NCBI GenBank assembly: GCA_003250155.1
Contig: QKHE01000090.1
Location: 1-48,444 of the forward strand
DNA length: 48,444 nt
Direction: 5' to 3'
Source: Chloroflexota bacterium
Lineage (GTDB): Bacteria; Chloroflexota; Limnocylindria; Limnocylindrales; CSP1-4
In this document: piece after piece, positions 29,982-39,059 of the stretch
Position numbering within the stretch: position 1 is the stretch's first letter
Layout of the letters: every line of letters starts with the position of its first letter
Program-made: the position numbers and the translations under genes
The notes under the pieces: model-generated
Database searches by the model: none
Told to the model about the DNA's origin: nothing
Seen by the model: the letters and a program-made list of their open reading frames with translations, nothing else

Positions 29982-30006
29982 GCGGATCGCCCGAGAACCG
30001 ATCCGC
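29982..30006 (+). terminator. Hairpin directly after the uvrA stop
   Basis: GCGGATCG-cccgagaac-CGATCCGC, 8-bp perfect stem; weak U-tract. Confidence 0.5.
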
Positions 30007-30082
30007 CCGTTGCGGCGTACCTAACGGGAGAGGCTATCTCGGCCGCGCGCCAATGCCGCGGCGAGATCGGAAGGAGGACCAC

Positions 30083-30319
30083 ATGCGCCGATTTCGGTTG
30101 ACCCTGGCTCTCACCCTCGCGGCACTGCTCGGACTCGGCATCGCGGCCGGCCCCGTCGCCGCACACGGGCCATGCGACGACGTCAATGGCGACGGGTCGC
30201 CGTCGGGTTGGGAGTACGGTCGGTTCCACATCTCGTCCCATGCGCCGCATGGGATCGGCGTCGGCGCCCACAATCCGGGGACGCACCAGGGCTTCTCGCT
30301 CTGCCTCGGCGTGCACTGA
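30083..30319 (+). CDS. Small secreted His-rich protein (78 aa)
   Basis: AAGGAGG SD, ATG 30083, signal peptide MRRFRLTLALTLAALLGLGIAAGPVAA; mature HGPCDDVNGDGSPSGWEYGRFHISSHAPHGIGVGAHNPGTHQGFSLCLGVH. Confidence 0.85.
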   Translation: MRRFRLTLALTLAALLGLGIAAGPVAAHGPCDDVNGDGSPSGWEYGRFHISSHAPHGIGVGAHNPGTHQGFSLCLGVH

Positions 30320-30402
30320 CGGCGCACCCGATCGCGGCCGGAAGGCCGCCGCGTGACGGAGACCCCGGCGGCGTGGCCGCCGGGGTCTCGTACCATCGGC
30401 GG

Positions 30403-30729
30403 ATGGCGCTGTCGCGGTCTCCCGCCCGCCACGAAATCGGCGACGTCGACGCGGCCGGACTCGAGGCGGCCGTGGCCGCCGATCGCCTCCTGGCAGCGGC
30501 GCGAGACCGAGGCCTGGATCGCTGGATCCGCTACCTCGCGCCGCTGCCGGACCGCCTGCGTGACGATCCGCTTCGCGAGCTGAAGGCCGCCGCGCGGCTC
30601 GGTCGCGCCGCGTTCGGCCCGAAGGACTCGGTTCGCGACGCACTGCCCGCCGACGTGACCGAGCCGTTCCTCGACGCGATCGATCGGCTGCTCAAGGCGA
30701 TCGCGCGGTGGGAGTCGCACCGCGCCTGA
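30403..30729 (+). CDS. Hypothetical helical protein (108 aa)
   Basis: Start moved to ATG 30403, 6 nt after TACCAT; MALSRSPARHEIGD...GPKDSVRDALP...; coding-like codon use. Confidence 0.7.
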   Translation: MALSRSPARHEIGDVDAAGLEAAVAADRLLAAARDRGLDRWIRYLAPLPDRLRDDPLRELKAAARLGRAAFGPKDSVRDALPADVTEPFLDAIDRLLKAIARWESHRA

Positions 30730-30764
30730 GCGGCGCCGCCAGATCTGGCTGCCCGTCGGCGGAT

Positions 30765-31226
30765 CTACTTCCCGTACTTGAACGGGTAGACGACCCAGGC
30801 GTCGGTCGCGACGACGTGGTGATCCGGCTCGATCGCGACCCGCGAGTGGGTCGGCTTGTAGTGCAGAACCGCCGTCGTCGGGGAACCGCCGGCGAGCTGG
30901 ACCCGCTCGACGACGGCCGCGATCGTCGTCCCGGTGTCCCAGACCTCGTCGACGACCAGGACGCGCCGGCCGCGCAGGAGAGGATCGGCCGGGAACTGCA
31001 GGAACGTCGGCTGGTCGGCCGGCTGGCCGGTGTCGTCGTAGTAGGCGACGGCGGCAACGAGGATGTTCCGGAGGCCGAGGCGGTAGGCGAGCATTCCGGC
31101 CGGGACGAGCGCGCCGCGGGTGATGCACAGCACGACGTCGTAGTCGGAGCCGATCTGCCCTGCCAGCTCGGCCACGAGGGCGTCGAGGTCGTCCCACGCG
31201 ACGATCAGCCTGTCCGGTTCGGTCAC
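30765..31226 (-). CDS. Type I phosphoribosyltransferase (purine PRT-like)
   Basis: ITRGALVPA, PRPP loop VLVVDEVWDTGTT, WVVYP. Start at GTG 31226, 6 nt after TAGCCT. Confidence 0.9.
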   Translation of the reverse strand: MTEPDRLIVAWDDLDALVAELAGQIGSDYDVVLCITRGALVPAGMLAYRLGLRNILVAAVAYYDDTGQPADQPTFLQFPADPLLRGRRVLVVDEVWDTGTTIAAVVERVQLAGGSPTTAVLHYKPTHSRVAIEPDHHVVATDAWVVYPFKYGK

Positions 31227-31263
31227 GGCCACAGGCTAGCCCCTCGGTCGGCCGAGCTGGCCG

Positions 31264-31749
31264 TCAATACACGAACGGGACCAGTGCCCGCGTCCGGCGA
31301 CGGTACGCCTCGTAGCCCGGGTAGCGCTCGCCGAGCCACGCCTCCTCGCGGCGCCGCTTGAGATCCAGGATGACCGCCAGGAGCCCTGCCGCCGCGAGGC
31401 TGCCGACCCACGGGGCGATGAGCGCCAGCCCCAGCGAGCCGATGATCAGGCCGCCATAGATCGGGTGGCGCACGAGGCGGTATGGGCCGCCCTGCACGAG
31501 CGAGCCGTCCTGGCGCGGGTACGGCAGCGCCGCGAGCGCCCGGGCCCGACTGAGCGCGAGCAGGCCGCCGCCGGCCAGCAGCCCGCCGGCCACCAGGCCA
31601 CCGATGCCGGTGACCCGCAGCACGCCTCCCAGCCCATCGGCGGGTGGCGCCGGGGCAAGCCCCCAGGCCACGCCGATGAGGACGAACGCAGCGAATTGCA
31701 GGACGACCCAGCCTTCGCCGCGCCGACCGAGCGCCGGGATCGATGTCAT
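31264..31749 (-). CDS. Isoprenylcysteine carboxyl methyltransferase / PEMT-family membrane protein
   Basis: LVQGGPYRLVRHPIYGG, EEAWL..RYPGYEAYRRRT; TM segments. Start at ATG 31749 (ATGA overlap with the helicase stop). Confidence 0.88.
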   Translation of the reverse strand: MTSIPALGRRGEGWVVLQFAAFVLIGVAWGLAPAPPADGLGGVLRVTGIGGLVAGGLLAGGGLLALSRARALAALPYPRQDGSLVQGGPYRLVRHPIYGGLIIGSLGLALIAPWVGSLAAAGLLAVILDLKRRREEAWLGERYPGYEAYRRRTRALVPFVY

Positions 31750-33416
31750 GCCGGAAAGCGTACCGGGACGGCGCTCGGAAGCCCCAGCTCCTCCGGCGTG
31801 AACGCTTCCAGCAGGAACGGCGACGGCAGGCCCGGATCGAACGTCAGCGCCAGCGACCGTCGGGCGCGGGTCCAGGCGACGTAGGCAAGTCGACGCTCCT
31901 CCTCGAGCGCGCGGGCCGGCTCGGCCGCCTCGGCGACGGACCGCGCGCTCGGGAACCGCACCGCGTCGAGGCCGATGACCGCGACGTGGTCGAACTCGAG
32001 ACCCTTGGTGCCATGCGCCGTTGCGAGGGTGAGTCGCGCGTCCTCCCGCCGCAGCGCGGCGAGGCGATCGAGCGTCCAGCGGATTCCCGCCTCGAGGTCG
32101 GCGAGATCGCGGCAGCCGGCCGCCCACGCCAGGAGCGCCGTCGCGACCCGGCGTCGATCGGCGTCCTCGGCCGGCGGGTCGACCGTGGTGGGGTCCACCG
32201 GACCCGGCTCGGCCCCGATCCGCCCGAGCCGGACCAGCAGCGGCAGGTCGGCGTCTGTGCGGGCCGCCGCCGCCAGAAGTGGACTGACGTGCGGTGACTC
32301 CACCGGCAGGGCGAGCTCGGCCGCCCGGAACGGGATTCCCAGGCGAATCGCAGCCACCGCGACCGGCAACAGCTCGCGGTTCGTCCGGGCCAGGACAGCC
32401 CGCGTGGAGTCGTCCGCCGGCCAGGAGTTGAGGATCGCCGCCGCCACCTGGACGTCGTCCGCCGCCGAGGGCACGAGGACGAGGCGGCCCTCGGCGGCGG
32501 GCCCGGGGCGAACCACCTTCGCGAACCGTTCGCGGTTGTGCTCCACCAGCCGCACGGCACGCTCGAGCACGATGGCCGGGCAGCGGTAGTTCGTCTCCAG
32601 GTCCACCCGCCGCAGCCCGGGCAGCGCCTCGGCGGCGAGGTTCAACAGCCGGCGCACGTCGGCCAGGCGCCAGCCGTAGATGCTCTGGTCGTCATCGCCG
32701 ACGAGGAAGACGCGGTTCGATGGTGCCGCGAGCAGCAGCGCCATCCGGAGCTGGCTCCGATCGAGGTCCTGGGCCTCGTCCACGAGCAGGTGCCCACAGC
32801 GCTCGCGCCACCGCCGGAGCACGTCCCCGTCGCCCGAGAGCAGCCGCAGCGAGCGCGCCACGAGGTCGTCGAAGTCGAGGCCGCCGCGACGCTCGATCTC
32901 GCGCTCGTAGGCCGCGTAGGTCCGTGCGACGACGCCGGCCTCTGGGTCGGCCTCGATGGCGCGCGGATCGACGTCGAGGTCCAGCTTGAAGCGCGACATG
33001 AGCGTGTCGAGTCGCCGACGCTCGGCGGCATCCGCGTCGGGGCGGACCGCGCGCAGCAGCGCCTCGCGGTCGAGGAGCGGCTCGACCGGCCGCCCGGCGT
33101 CCCGCAGCACCTCCAGGCCGAGCGCGTGGAACGTCCGAACCCGGACGCCCGCTGCCAGTCGCTCGCCGAGCGGCGCCAGCGCCGCATCGAGCCGCTCACG
33201 GAGCTCCTCCGCGGCGCGCCGGTTGAACGTCAACGCGCAGATCGCCTCCGGCGCGACGCCCCGATCGACGAGCCAGGCGATCCGCGCGACCAGGGTCGAG
33301 GTCTTGCCCGAGCCGGCCGGCGCGACGCACAGCACCGGCCCATCCGGGGCGGTCGCGGCCCGTCGCTGGCCACCATCGAGGCGGGCGAGGCGCTCCGTGA
33401 CCGCGGGGTGTGTCAT
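31746..33416 (-). CDS. Compact UvrD/Rep/PcrA-family SF1 helicase (about 556 aa)
   Basis: APAGSGKT, LTFNRRAA, TFH, VDEAQD, VGDDDQSIYGWR, TNYR, TAHGTKGLEF, EERRLAYVAWTRA. Start uncertain (33416 or 33446). Confidence 0.9.
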   Translation of the reverse strand: MTHPAVTERLARLDGGQRRAATAPDGPVLCVAPAGSGKTSTLVARIAWLVDRGVAPEAICALTFNRRAAEELRERLDAALAPLGERLAAGVRVRTFHALGLEVLRDAGRPVEPLLDREALLRAVRPDADAAERRRLDTLMSRFKLDLDVDPRAIEADPEAGVVARTYAAYEREIERRGGLDFDDLVARSLRLLSGDGDVLRRWRERCGHLLVDEAQDLDRSQLRMALLLAAPSNRVFLVGDDDQSIYGWRLADVRRLLNLAAEALPGLRRVDLETNYRCPAIVLERAVRLVEHNRERFAKVVRPGPAAEGRLVLVPSAADDVQVAAAILNSWPADDSTRAVLARTNRELLPVAVAAIRLGIPFRAAELALPVESPHVSPLLAAAARTDADLPLLVRLGRIGAEPGPVDPTTVDPPAEDADRRRVATALLAWAAGCRDLADLEAGIRWTLDRLAALRREDARLTLATAHGTKGLEFDHVAVIGLDAVRFPSARSVAEAAEPARALEEERRLAYVAWTRARRSLALTFDPGLPSPFLLEAFTPEELGLPSAVPVRFPA

Positions 33417-33622
33417 CGTGCGAGTGTCGGGCTGGCGGCTCACCACCCGATTTGGTGCCGCTCGCTGATCGTGGCGTGGGCTGTATACGGTGCTCGCGTC
33501 CCGCTATCATCGGCCCCGGCCGGTCAGGCTCGTGGGTGGAGGCCACGGGACCCGCAGACACACCGCGCCTTTGATCACACAGGCTCGGGCGTCACGTACG
33601 GGCGCTCGCCACGGAGGAGTCC

Positions 33623-34678
33623 ATGGATCACAAGCGGCCGCTCGTCGGCCTCGCCATCACGGCGCTCTTCGTCGCTGCCTGCAGCGGCGATGGAGCGACC
33701 CCGTCCCCGTCAGCGGGGACGCCAACCAGCAACCCGACCACGAACCCGACCCCGACCGAAGATACCAGCATGAACTGGCCGGACCACATCGTCATCGGCT
33801 TCGTGCCGTCCCGTGATGCGGCGGCCCTGGTCGAGACCATCCAGCCGATCGCGGACTACCTGACCGCGCAGCTGGGGATCGACGTCGAAGGCTTCGTCTC
33901 GACCGACTACACCGGACTGGTCACCGCGATGGAGACCGGCCAGGCGCAGATCGGCGCGTTCAACCCGTACGGCATCCTGCAGGCCGTCGAGCGCGCCAAC
34001 GGCGAGTTCATCCTCCAGTCGGAGCGCTTCGGCAGCGGCACGTACCACACGCAGTTCATGACGAACAACCCGGATCGGTACTGCACGATCTCGCCGCCCG
34101 TCCAGAATGAGCGCGAGAGCTCGATCAACCCGGGCACGTTCCTCAACTGCAACGGCACCGAGCGCGGGCCAAGCGACACGCCCGAGGGTCCGATCGGCAC
34201 CGACACGATCGCCAACATCCCTGCCGGCACGACCGTGTCGTTCGTGACCGAGACCTCGTCGTCCGGGTACATCTTCCCGGCAACGGTCCTGATCACCAGC
34301 GGCATCGCGCTCGACAGCATCAACCCGCTGTTCGCCGGCGCCCACGACGCCTCGGCGATCGCCGTCTGTAACGGCGACGCGGAGGTCGGCGTGAGCTTCG
34401 ACGACGCCCGCTCCGAGGCCACGACGGAGTGCGACCTCGAGTCGAAGGTGGTCGTCTTCGCCTATGGCGGCGAGATTCCGAACGACGGGATCGTCGTCGC
34501 CGGTGACCTGCAGCCCAGCCTCAAGGCGGCGATCCACGACGCGCTGCTCGCCTACGCGGAGAGCGAGGCCGGCAACGAAGTCCTCCGCGCCGTGTACAAC
34601 ATCACCGCGTTCACCGAGCCGAATCTCGCGTCGCTCGACATCGTCCGGGCGGCAGCCGAGAATCTCGGACTCGACTAG
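33623..34678 (+). CDS. phnD: PhnD/PtxB-family ABC substrate-binding lipoprotein
   Basis: Lipobox LFVAAC, Pro/Thr linker, IGFVPS, STDY, TSSSGYIFP, AHD, IPNDG; SD GGAGGAG. Confidence 0.85.
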   Translation: MDHKRPLVGLAITALFVAACSGDGATPSPSAGTPTSNPTTNPTPTEDTSMNWPDHIVIGFVPSRDAAALVETIQPIADYLTAQLGIDVEGFVSTDYTGLVTAMETGQAQIGAFNPYGILQAVERANGEFILQSERFGSGTYHTQFMTNNPDRYCTISPPVQNERESSINPGTFLNCNGTERGPSDTPEGPIGTDTIANIPAGTTVSFVTETSSSGYIFPATVLITSGIALDSINPLFAGAHDASAIAVCNGDAEVGVSFDDARSEATTECDLESKVVVFAYGGEIPNDGIVVAGDLQPSLKAAIHDALLAYAESEAGNEVLRAVYNITAFTEPNLASLDIVRAAAENLGLD

Positions 34679-34690
34679 GACCGAGAGACG

Positions 34691-34722
34691 AGAGGGACGG
34701 GACCCATCGGGCCCGTCCCTCT
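34691..34722 (+). terminator. Intercistronic stem-loop between phnD and phnC
   Basis: AGAGGGACGGG / CCCGTCCCTCT 11-bp stem followed by TGGTTTCT; a common arrangement after binding-protein genes. Confidence 0.65.
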
Positions 34723-34735
34723 TGGTTTCTGACCC

Positions 34736-35512
34736 ATGATCGTCTTCGACCACGCCTCGGTGACCTACCCGGGGGGCGTCCATGCGCTGAAGGACATCTC
34801 GCTCGAGATCCCGGACGGCGAGATGATGGTCATCGTCGGCCTCTCGGGCGCGGGCAAGTCGACCCTCATCCGGGCGATCAACGGCCTCGTCCCGTTGACC
34901 GACGGTGACGTGATCGTCGACGGCGTGAGCGTTCGCAAGGCCAGTGGCGATCAGCTGCGCCGACTGCGCTCGAAGATCGGCATGATCTTCCAGACGTTCA
35001 ACCTCGTGAAGCGCACGAGCGTCCTCAACAATGTCCTGATGGGCCGGCTCCACACGACCGGCACCGCGCGGTCACTGTTCGGCTGGTACAAGCCGGCCGA
35101 CGTCGAGATCGCGATGCAGGCGCTCGAACGGGTCGACATCGTCGAGAAGGCCTACGTGCGGGCCGCCAACCTGTCGGGCGGCCAGCAGCAGCGGGTCGGC
35201 ATTGCCCGGGCGCTGGCCCAGGAGCCGACGATCATCCTCGCCGACGAGCCCGTCGCCAGCCTCGATCCGCCGACCAGCCACGTCGTGATGCGGGACCTCC
35301 AGCGGATCAACCGCGATCTCGGGATCACGACGATCGTGAACCTCCACTTCCTCGACCTGGCGAAGGTCTACTGCGAGCGGATCATCGGGCTCCGTGCCGG
35401 CGAGCTCGTCTACGACGGCACTGGCGCTCAGGCCGACGAGGGGGTGTTCCGCGACATCTACGGCCGCTCGCTCACGGCCGACGACCTTCTCGAGGCTCCA
35501 TCGCTCACATGA
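34736..35512 (+). CDS. phnC: Phosphonate-type ABC transporter ATPase
   Basis: GLSGAGKST, IFQTFNLV, NVLMGRL, LSGGQQQRV, ADEPVASLDP, VNLH. Confidence 0.93.
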   Translation: MIVFDHASVTYPGGVHALKDISLEIPDGEMMVIVGLSGAGKSTLIRAINGLVPLTDGDVIVDGVSVRKASGDQLRRLRSKIGMIFQTFNLVKRTSVLNNVLMGRLHTTGTARSLFGWYKPADVEIAMQALERVDIVEKAYVRAANLSGGQQQRVGIARALAQEPTIILADEPVASLDPPTSHVVMRDLQRINRDLGITTIVNLHFLDLAKVYCERIIGLRAGELVYDGTGAQADEGVFRDIYGRSLTADDLLEAPSLT

Positions 35513-36345
35513 CCGTGGCGGCAGGAGCCGAGAGCCGCCGGCCGGCCAAACCGCGCCCATCGCTCGCGATCCCGATCGGCCTCGTCACGTTCGCCGTCAT
35601 CACCTGGATCTCGGTCAGTCGCGAGTTCGGCATCGACCTCAACCTCGGCGAGCTCGCGGAGAACATCACCCGCGGCGCCCGGATCCTCGTGCGCGAGGAC
35701 ACCAACCCCGCGGACCGCGGCCTCCTCAACCCGAACTGGGTGTTCCTGACGGAGACGGCCGAGCCGATGCTCGAGACGTTCGCGATGGCGGTCCTCGCCT
35801 CGGTCATGGGCTGCGGGCTGGCGCTGCCGGTGTCGTTCCTCGTGTCCCGGGTGACGGCGCCCAACGGGCTGGTGCTGTCGATCGGTCGGGCCATCCTGAG
35901 CGTCATCCGCGCGATCCCCGACATCCTCTACGCCCTCCTCTTCGTCGCCGCCGTCGGCGTCGGACCGCTGCCGGGCATCCTGGCCCTGCTGTTCTTCAAC
36001 ATCGGGGTCACCGTGAAGCTGCTGTCCGAGACCGTGGACGGCGTCGATCCCGGTCCGATCGAGGCCGGCCGGGCGAGCGGCGCGACGGGCATGCAGACGA
36101 CGCGCTGGGCGGTCGTGCCTCAGATCCTGCCCAACTACGTCGCGTACTCGCTCTACGTGTTCGAGCTCAACATCCGTGCGTCCACCGTGCTCGGCATCGT
36201 CGGCGCCGGCGGCATCGGCCGGATGCTGTACCGCGAGTACGGCTTCTTCCACTGGAGCAACGTCTCGGTGATCATCGTCGAGCTGTTCGTCATGGTCTTC
36301 CTGATCGAGCTCGTCTCGATCTGGCTGCGGCGCCGGCTGGTATGA
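35509..36345 (+). CDS. phnE: Phosphonate-type ABC transporter permease
   Basis: RAIPD, GPLPGILAL, SETVDGVDPGPIEA, VVPQILP, FELNIRASTVLGIVGAGGIG. Confidence 0.92.
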   Translation: MTVAAGAESRRPAKPRPSLAIPIGLVTFAVITWISVSREFGIDLNLGELAENITRGARILVREDTNPADRGLLNPNWVFLTETAEPMLETFAMAVLASVMGCGLALPVSFLVSRVTAPNGLVLSIGRAILSVIRAIPDILYALLFVAAVGVGPLPGILALLFFNIGVTVKLLSETVDGVDPGPIEAGRASGATGMQTTRWAVVPQILPNYVAYSLYVFELNIRASTVLGIVGAGGIGRMLYREYGFFHWSNVSVIIVELFVMVFLIELVSIWLRRRLV

Positions 36346-37229
36346 ACGGGACGAACAACGCCGGACCGCCGCGCGAGAGCCGACCGCGCCGGCCATCGAA
36401 CGCGAAGCGCAACGTGGCGTTCATCTTCGCGCTGCTGGTCATCGTCGGCTCGGTGCTGTCGGTCGACATCAAGTACGAGCGCCTCGTCGACCTGCCGGCC
36501 GGGATCTGGCTGGTCGTCTACAAGATGTACTTCGAGCGCGGCCCCGACCTGAGCTACCTCGGCGTCTCGATCGAGCACATGGTCCAGTCGATCGAGATCG
36601 CCTGGGTCGGCACGATCATCGGCGCCGTGCTGTCGCTTCCGATCGGCTTCGTGGCCGCCAAGAACGTCTCGAGCGGCATCATCTCGAACGTCTTTCGCCA
36701 GGTGCTCAACGGCATCCGGGCGTTCCCCGAGCTGGTCCTGGCGGTGGCGATCTTCATCCCGATCGCGGGCCTCGGCCCGGTCGCCGGTGCGCTGGCGATC
36801 GGGATCCACTCCGTCGGCACGCTCGGCAAGCTGACCGCCGAGGTCGTCGAGGGCATCGATGCCGGTCCGGTCGAGGCGGCCCGCGCCTCGGGCGGGCGGT
36901 GGGTGCAGATCCAGCGCTGGGGGGTGCTGCCCCAGGTGCTGCCAGAGATCGTGGCGTTCTGGCTGTATCGCTTCGAGATCAACATCCGGGCCGCCGCGGT
37001 GCTCGGGGTCGTCGGCGCCGGCGGCATCGGCTTCATCGTCCAGCAGACGATCGTCTTCGGGCGCTTCCCGCTGGCCGGCACGGCGCTGCTGGTCGTCATC
37101 ATCGCCACGATCCTGGTCGATACGGTCTCGGGCTGGGTTCGGCGCCGGATCATCGAGGGGGTCGAGACGCGACGGATCGTCGACGCCGAGATCGAGCAGC
37201 CGGCGCTGGTCGACGGCAGCGCCGCCTGA
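36342..37229 (+). CDS. phnE: Second phosphonate-type ABC transporter permease
   Basis: Start moved to the ATGA overlap at 36342. RAFPE, GKLTAEVVEGID.GPVEA, LYRFEINIRAAAVLGVVGAGGIG. Confidence 0.92.
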   Translation: MNGTNNAGPPRESRPRRPSNAKRNVAFIFALLVIVGSVLSVDIKYERLVDLPAGIWLVVYKMYFERGPDLSYLGVSIEHMVQSIEIAWVGTIIGAVLSLPIGFVAAKNVSSGIISNVFRQVLNGIRAFPELVLAVAIFIPIAGLGPVAGALAIGIHSVGTLGKLTAEVVEGIDAGPVEAARASGGRWVQIQRWGVLPQVLPEIVAFWLYRFEINIRAAAVLGVVGAGGIGFIVQQTIVFGRFPLAGTALLVVIIATILVDTVSGWVRRRIIEGVETRRIVDAEIEQPALVDGSAA

Positions 37230-37235
37230 CGCCAA

Positions 37236-38195
37236 TCAGTCCGGGCCGCCCGCGGCTCGCGGCTGCCGAGCGCGCCGCCGGGCGCCGACGAGCGGCGCGA
37301 TCTGGACGATCGCCACGCCGACCGTCACGACCGCCAGGCCGAGGACCTGGCGCGCGTCGAGCGCCTCGCCGAGGAAGATCCAGGCCATGATCGCGACCAT
37401 GACCAGCAGGAGGTTGAGGATCGTGCTCGACTCGACCGCGGTCAGGACGCGCAGGGCTCGGTTGAAGAGGGTGAACGCGAAGGCCGTGTTGACCGCCGCC
37501 AGCCAGGCAATGATCGCCCAGCCGCGCCCGTCGAGGGACGGCCAGCCTTCGAGCGCCACGCCCGTCCCCAGCAGCGCCAGGCTGCCGATGACCATCGACA
37601 CCGAGGTCACGCCGACCGCGCCGCCGAGGCGGCCCTGCGCGTCGCGGTTCACGTCGCGGGCCATGTGCTGGCCGACGGTCGACGCGGCCGCGCAGACCAC
37701 GGCGCTGCCGAGCCCGAACCAGCCAGCCCCGCCGAGCTCGACCATGCCGAAGTAGAGGGCCGCGCCGGCGACGAGCAGCACGATCCCGCCAAGTTGGAGC
37801 GGCGATGCGCGCTCGGCGCCGCGCAGCCACGCAACCACCCCGATCCAGACCGGGATCGTCGCCAGGACGAGGCCGACGGTCGCCGCCGGGAGGACCGCCA
37901 GGGCCGCGAACTGGGTGCCCTGGGCGAGGGCATAGAAGACGACGCCGAGGATCAGCAGCCGGCGGCCGAGCGATCGATCGATGCCGGGTCCGTCGCGCCG
38001 GGCCGATCTGAGTGCCCGCCAGCCGAACGGCAGGAGCAGCGCCGCGGCCAGCGCGTAGCGCAGGCCGGCGAACGAGACCGGCTGCAGGTCGAGATCGTCA
38101 AGGCCGATTTTGATCAGGACCCAGGACGTCGCCCACAGGAATGTCACGAGGAGCGTCTGGGCGGCGGCCACGAGCCGAGCCTGCTCGGTCGCCAC
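37236..38195 (-). CDS. EamA/DMT-family transporter
   Basis: FLWATSWVLIK, FAGLRY, about 10 TM segments, IFLGEAL. Confidence 0.9.
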   Translation of the reverse strand: MATEQARLVAAAQTLLVTFLWATSWVLIKIGLDDLDLQPVSFAGLRYALAAALLLPFGWRALRSARRDGPGIDRSLGRRLLILGVVFYALAQGTQFAALAVLPAATVGLVLATIPVWIGVVAWLRGAERASPLQLGGIVLLVAGAALYFGMVELGGAGWFGLGSAVVCAAASTVGQHMARDVNRDAQGRLGGAVGVTSVSMVIGSLALLGTGVALEGWPSLDGRGWAIIAWLAAVNTAFAFTLFNRALRVLTAVESSTILNLLLVMVAIMAWIFLGEALDARQVLGLAVVTVGVAIVQIAPLVGARRRARQPRAAGGPD

Positions 38196-38220
38196 GGGGG
38201 ACGACTCGTCGGCCGTCGGC

Positions 38221-38970
38221 TCAGTCAGCGGTCGGTGTCGATCGGGTCGCCAGCGCGAGCGCGATCGCCTCCGCGAGCGTGCGAGCCACCGGCACGTCCG
38301 TTTCGGTCGCGGTTCCGTTGCGATCGAGCAGGATCGCGTCGAGCCCGGCCGAACGGGCGCCGAGGACGTCCGCCCGGTAGCTGTCGCCGATCATCACGGC
38401 GTCGGTCGGCGCCACGCCGGCCCGGGCGCAGGCGAGCAGGAAGAACTCCGGAGCCGGCTTCGCGAGCCCCTCGACGGCCGAGATGAGCAGCAGGTCGAGG
38501 AACGGCGTCAGCCCGGCCGCCCGCATGACATCGGCGAGGGCCGATCCGAAGTCGCTGATGACCGCGATCCGTGCCCGGGGCCGTCCCTCGCGCGAAGGGT
38601 GGCGCAGGACGAGCTCCAGGGCCGCGATCGTGTCCGGGTACGGCTGCCACGCGGTTTCCGAGAGGTGCGACGCGATGATCGCGTCGATCAGCTCGTGCTG
38701 GCGCTCGATGAAGCCGAGATGGTCGAGCATCAGGCCGTGGTACCGGCGCCAGGTGGCCTCGATGTCGGCATCGCTCGTCCAGGCGACGTTGCCGGGCTGG
38801 TGATACGTCTCCCAGAACCACGCGTCGGCGGCATCCCAGGCGCGGCGAATGTCGTCCGGGCCGACATCGTGCCCGTGCGCCTCGAGGACCTCGGCAAGGT
38901 TGTCGGCGATCGTCTGGCGGGGTTGGATCAGCGTGAAGCCGGCGTCGAAGCAGACGAGGTCGTGGAGCAC
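38221..38970 (-). CDS. HAD-superfamily hydrolase (subfamily IA)
   Basis: Motif I FDAGFTL, motif II ISD, motif III KPAPEFF, motif IV IGDSYRADV. Confidence 0.88.
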   Translation of the reverse strand: MLHDLVCFDAGFTLIQPRQTIADNLAEVLEAHGHDVGPDDIRRAWDAADAWFWETYHQPGNVAWTSDADIEATWRRYHGLMLDHLGFIERQHELIDAIIASHLSETAWQPYPDTIAALELVLRHPSREGRPRARIAVISDFGSALADVMRAAGLTPFLDLLLISAVEGLAKPAPEFFLLACARAGVAPTDAVMIGDSYRADVLGARSAGLDAILLDRNGTATETDVPVARTLAEAIALALATRSTPTAD

Positions 38971-39059
38971 GTCACGCCAACATAGCGGGCCGGGCGGGCG
39001 TCGTCACGCCGGATCCGCCGGTTCGACGGGCCGGGTCACGATCGGCGATGATCGGCGCG

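Noticed and set aside
33623-37229. Evidence of phosphonate or phosphite utilisation
   Set aside because: Only the transporter is present; no C-P lyase, phosphonatase or phosphite dehydrogenase in the window.
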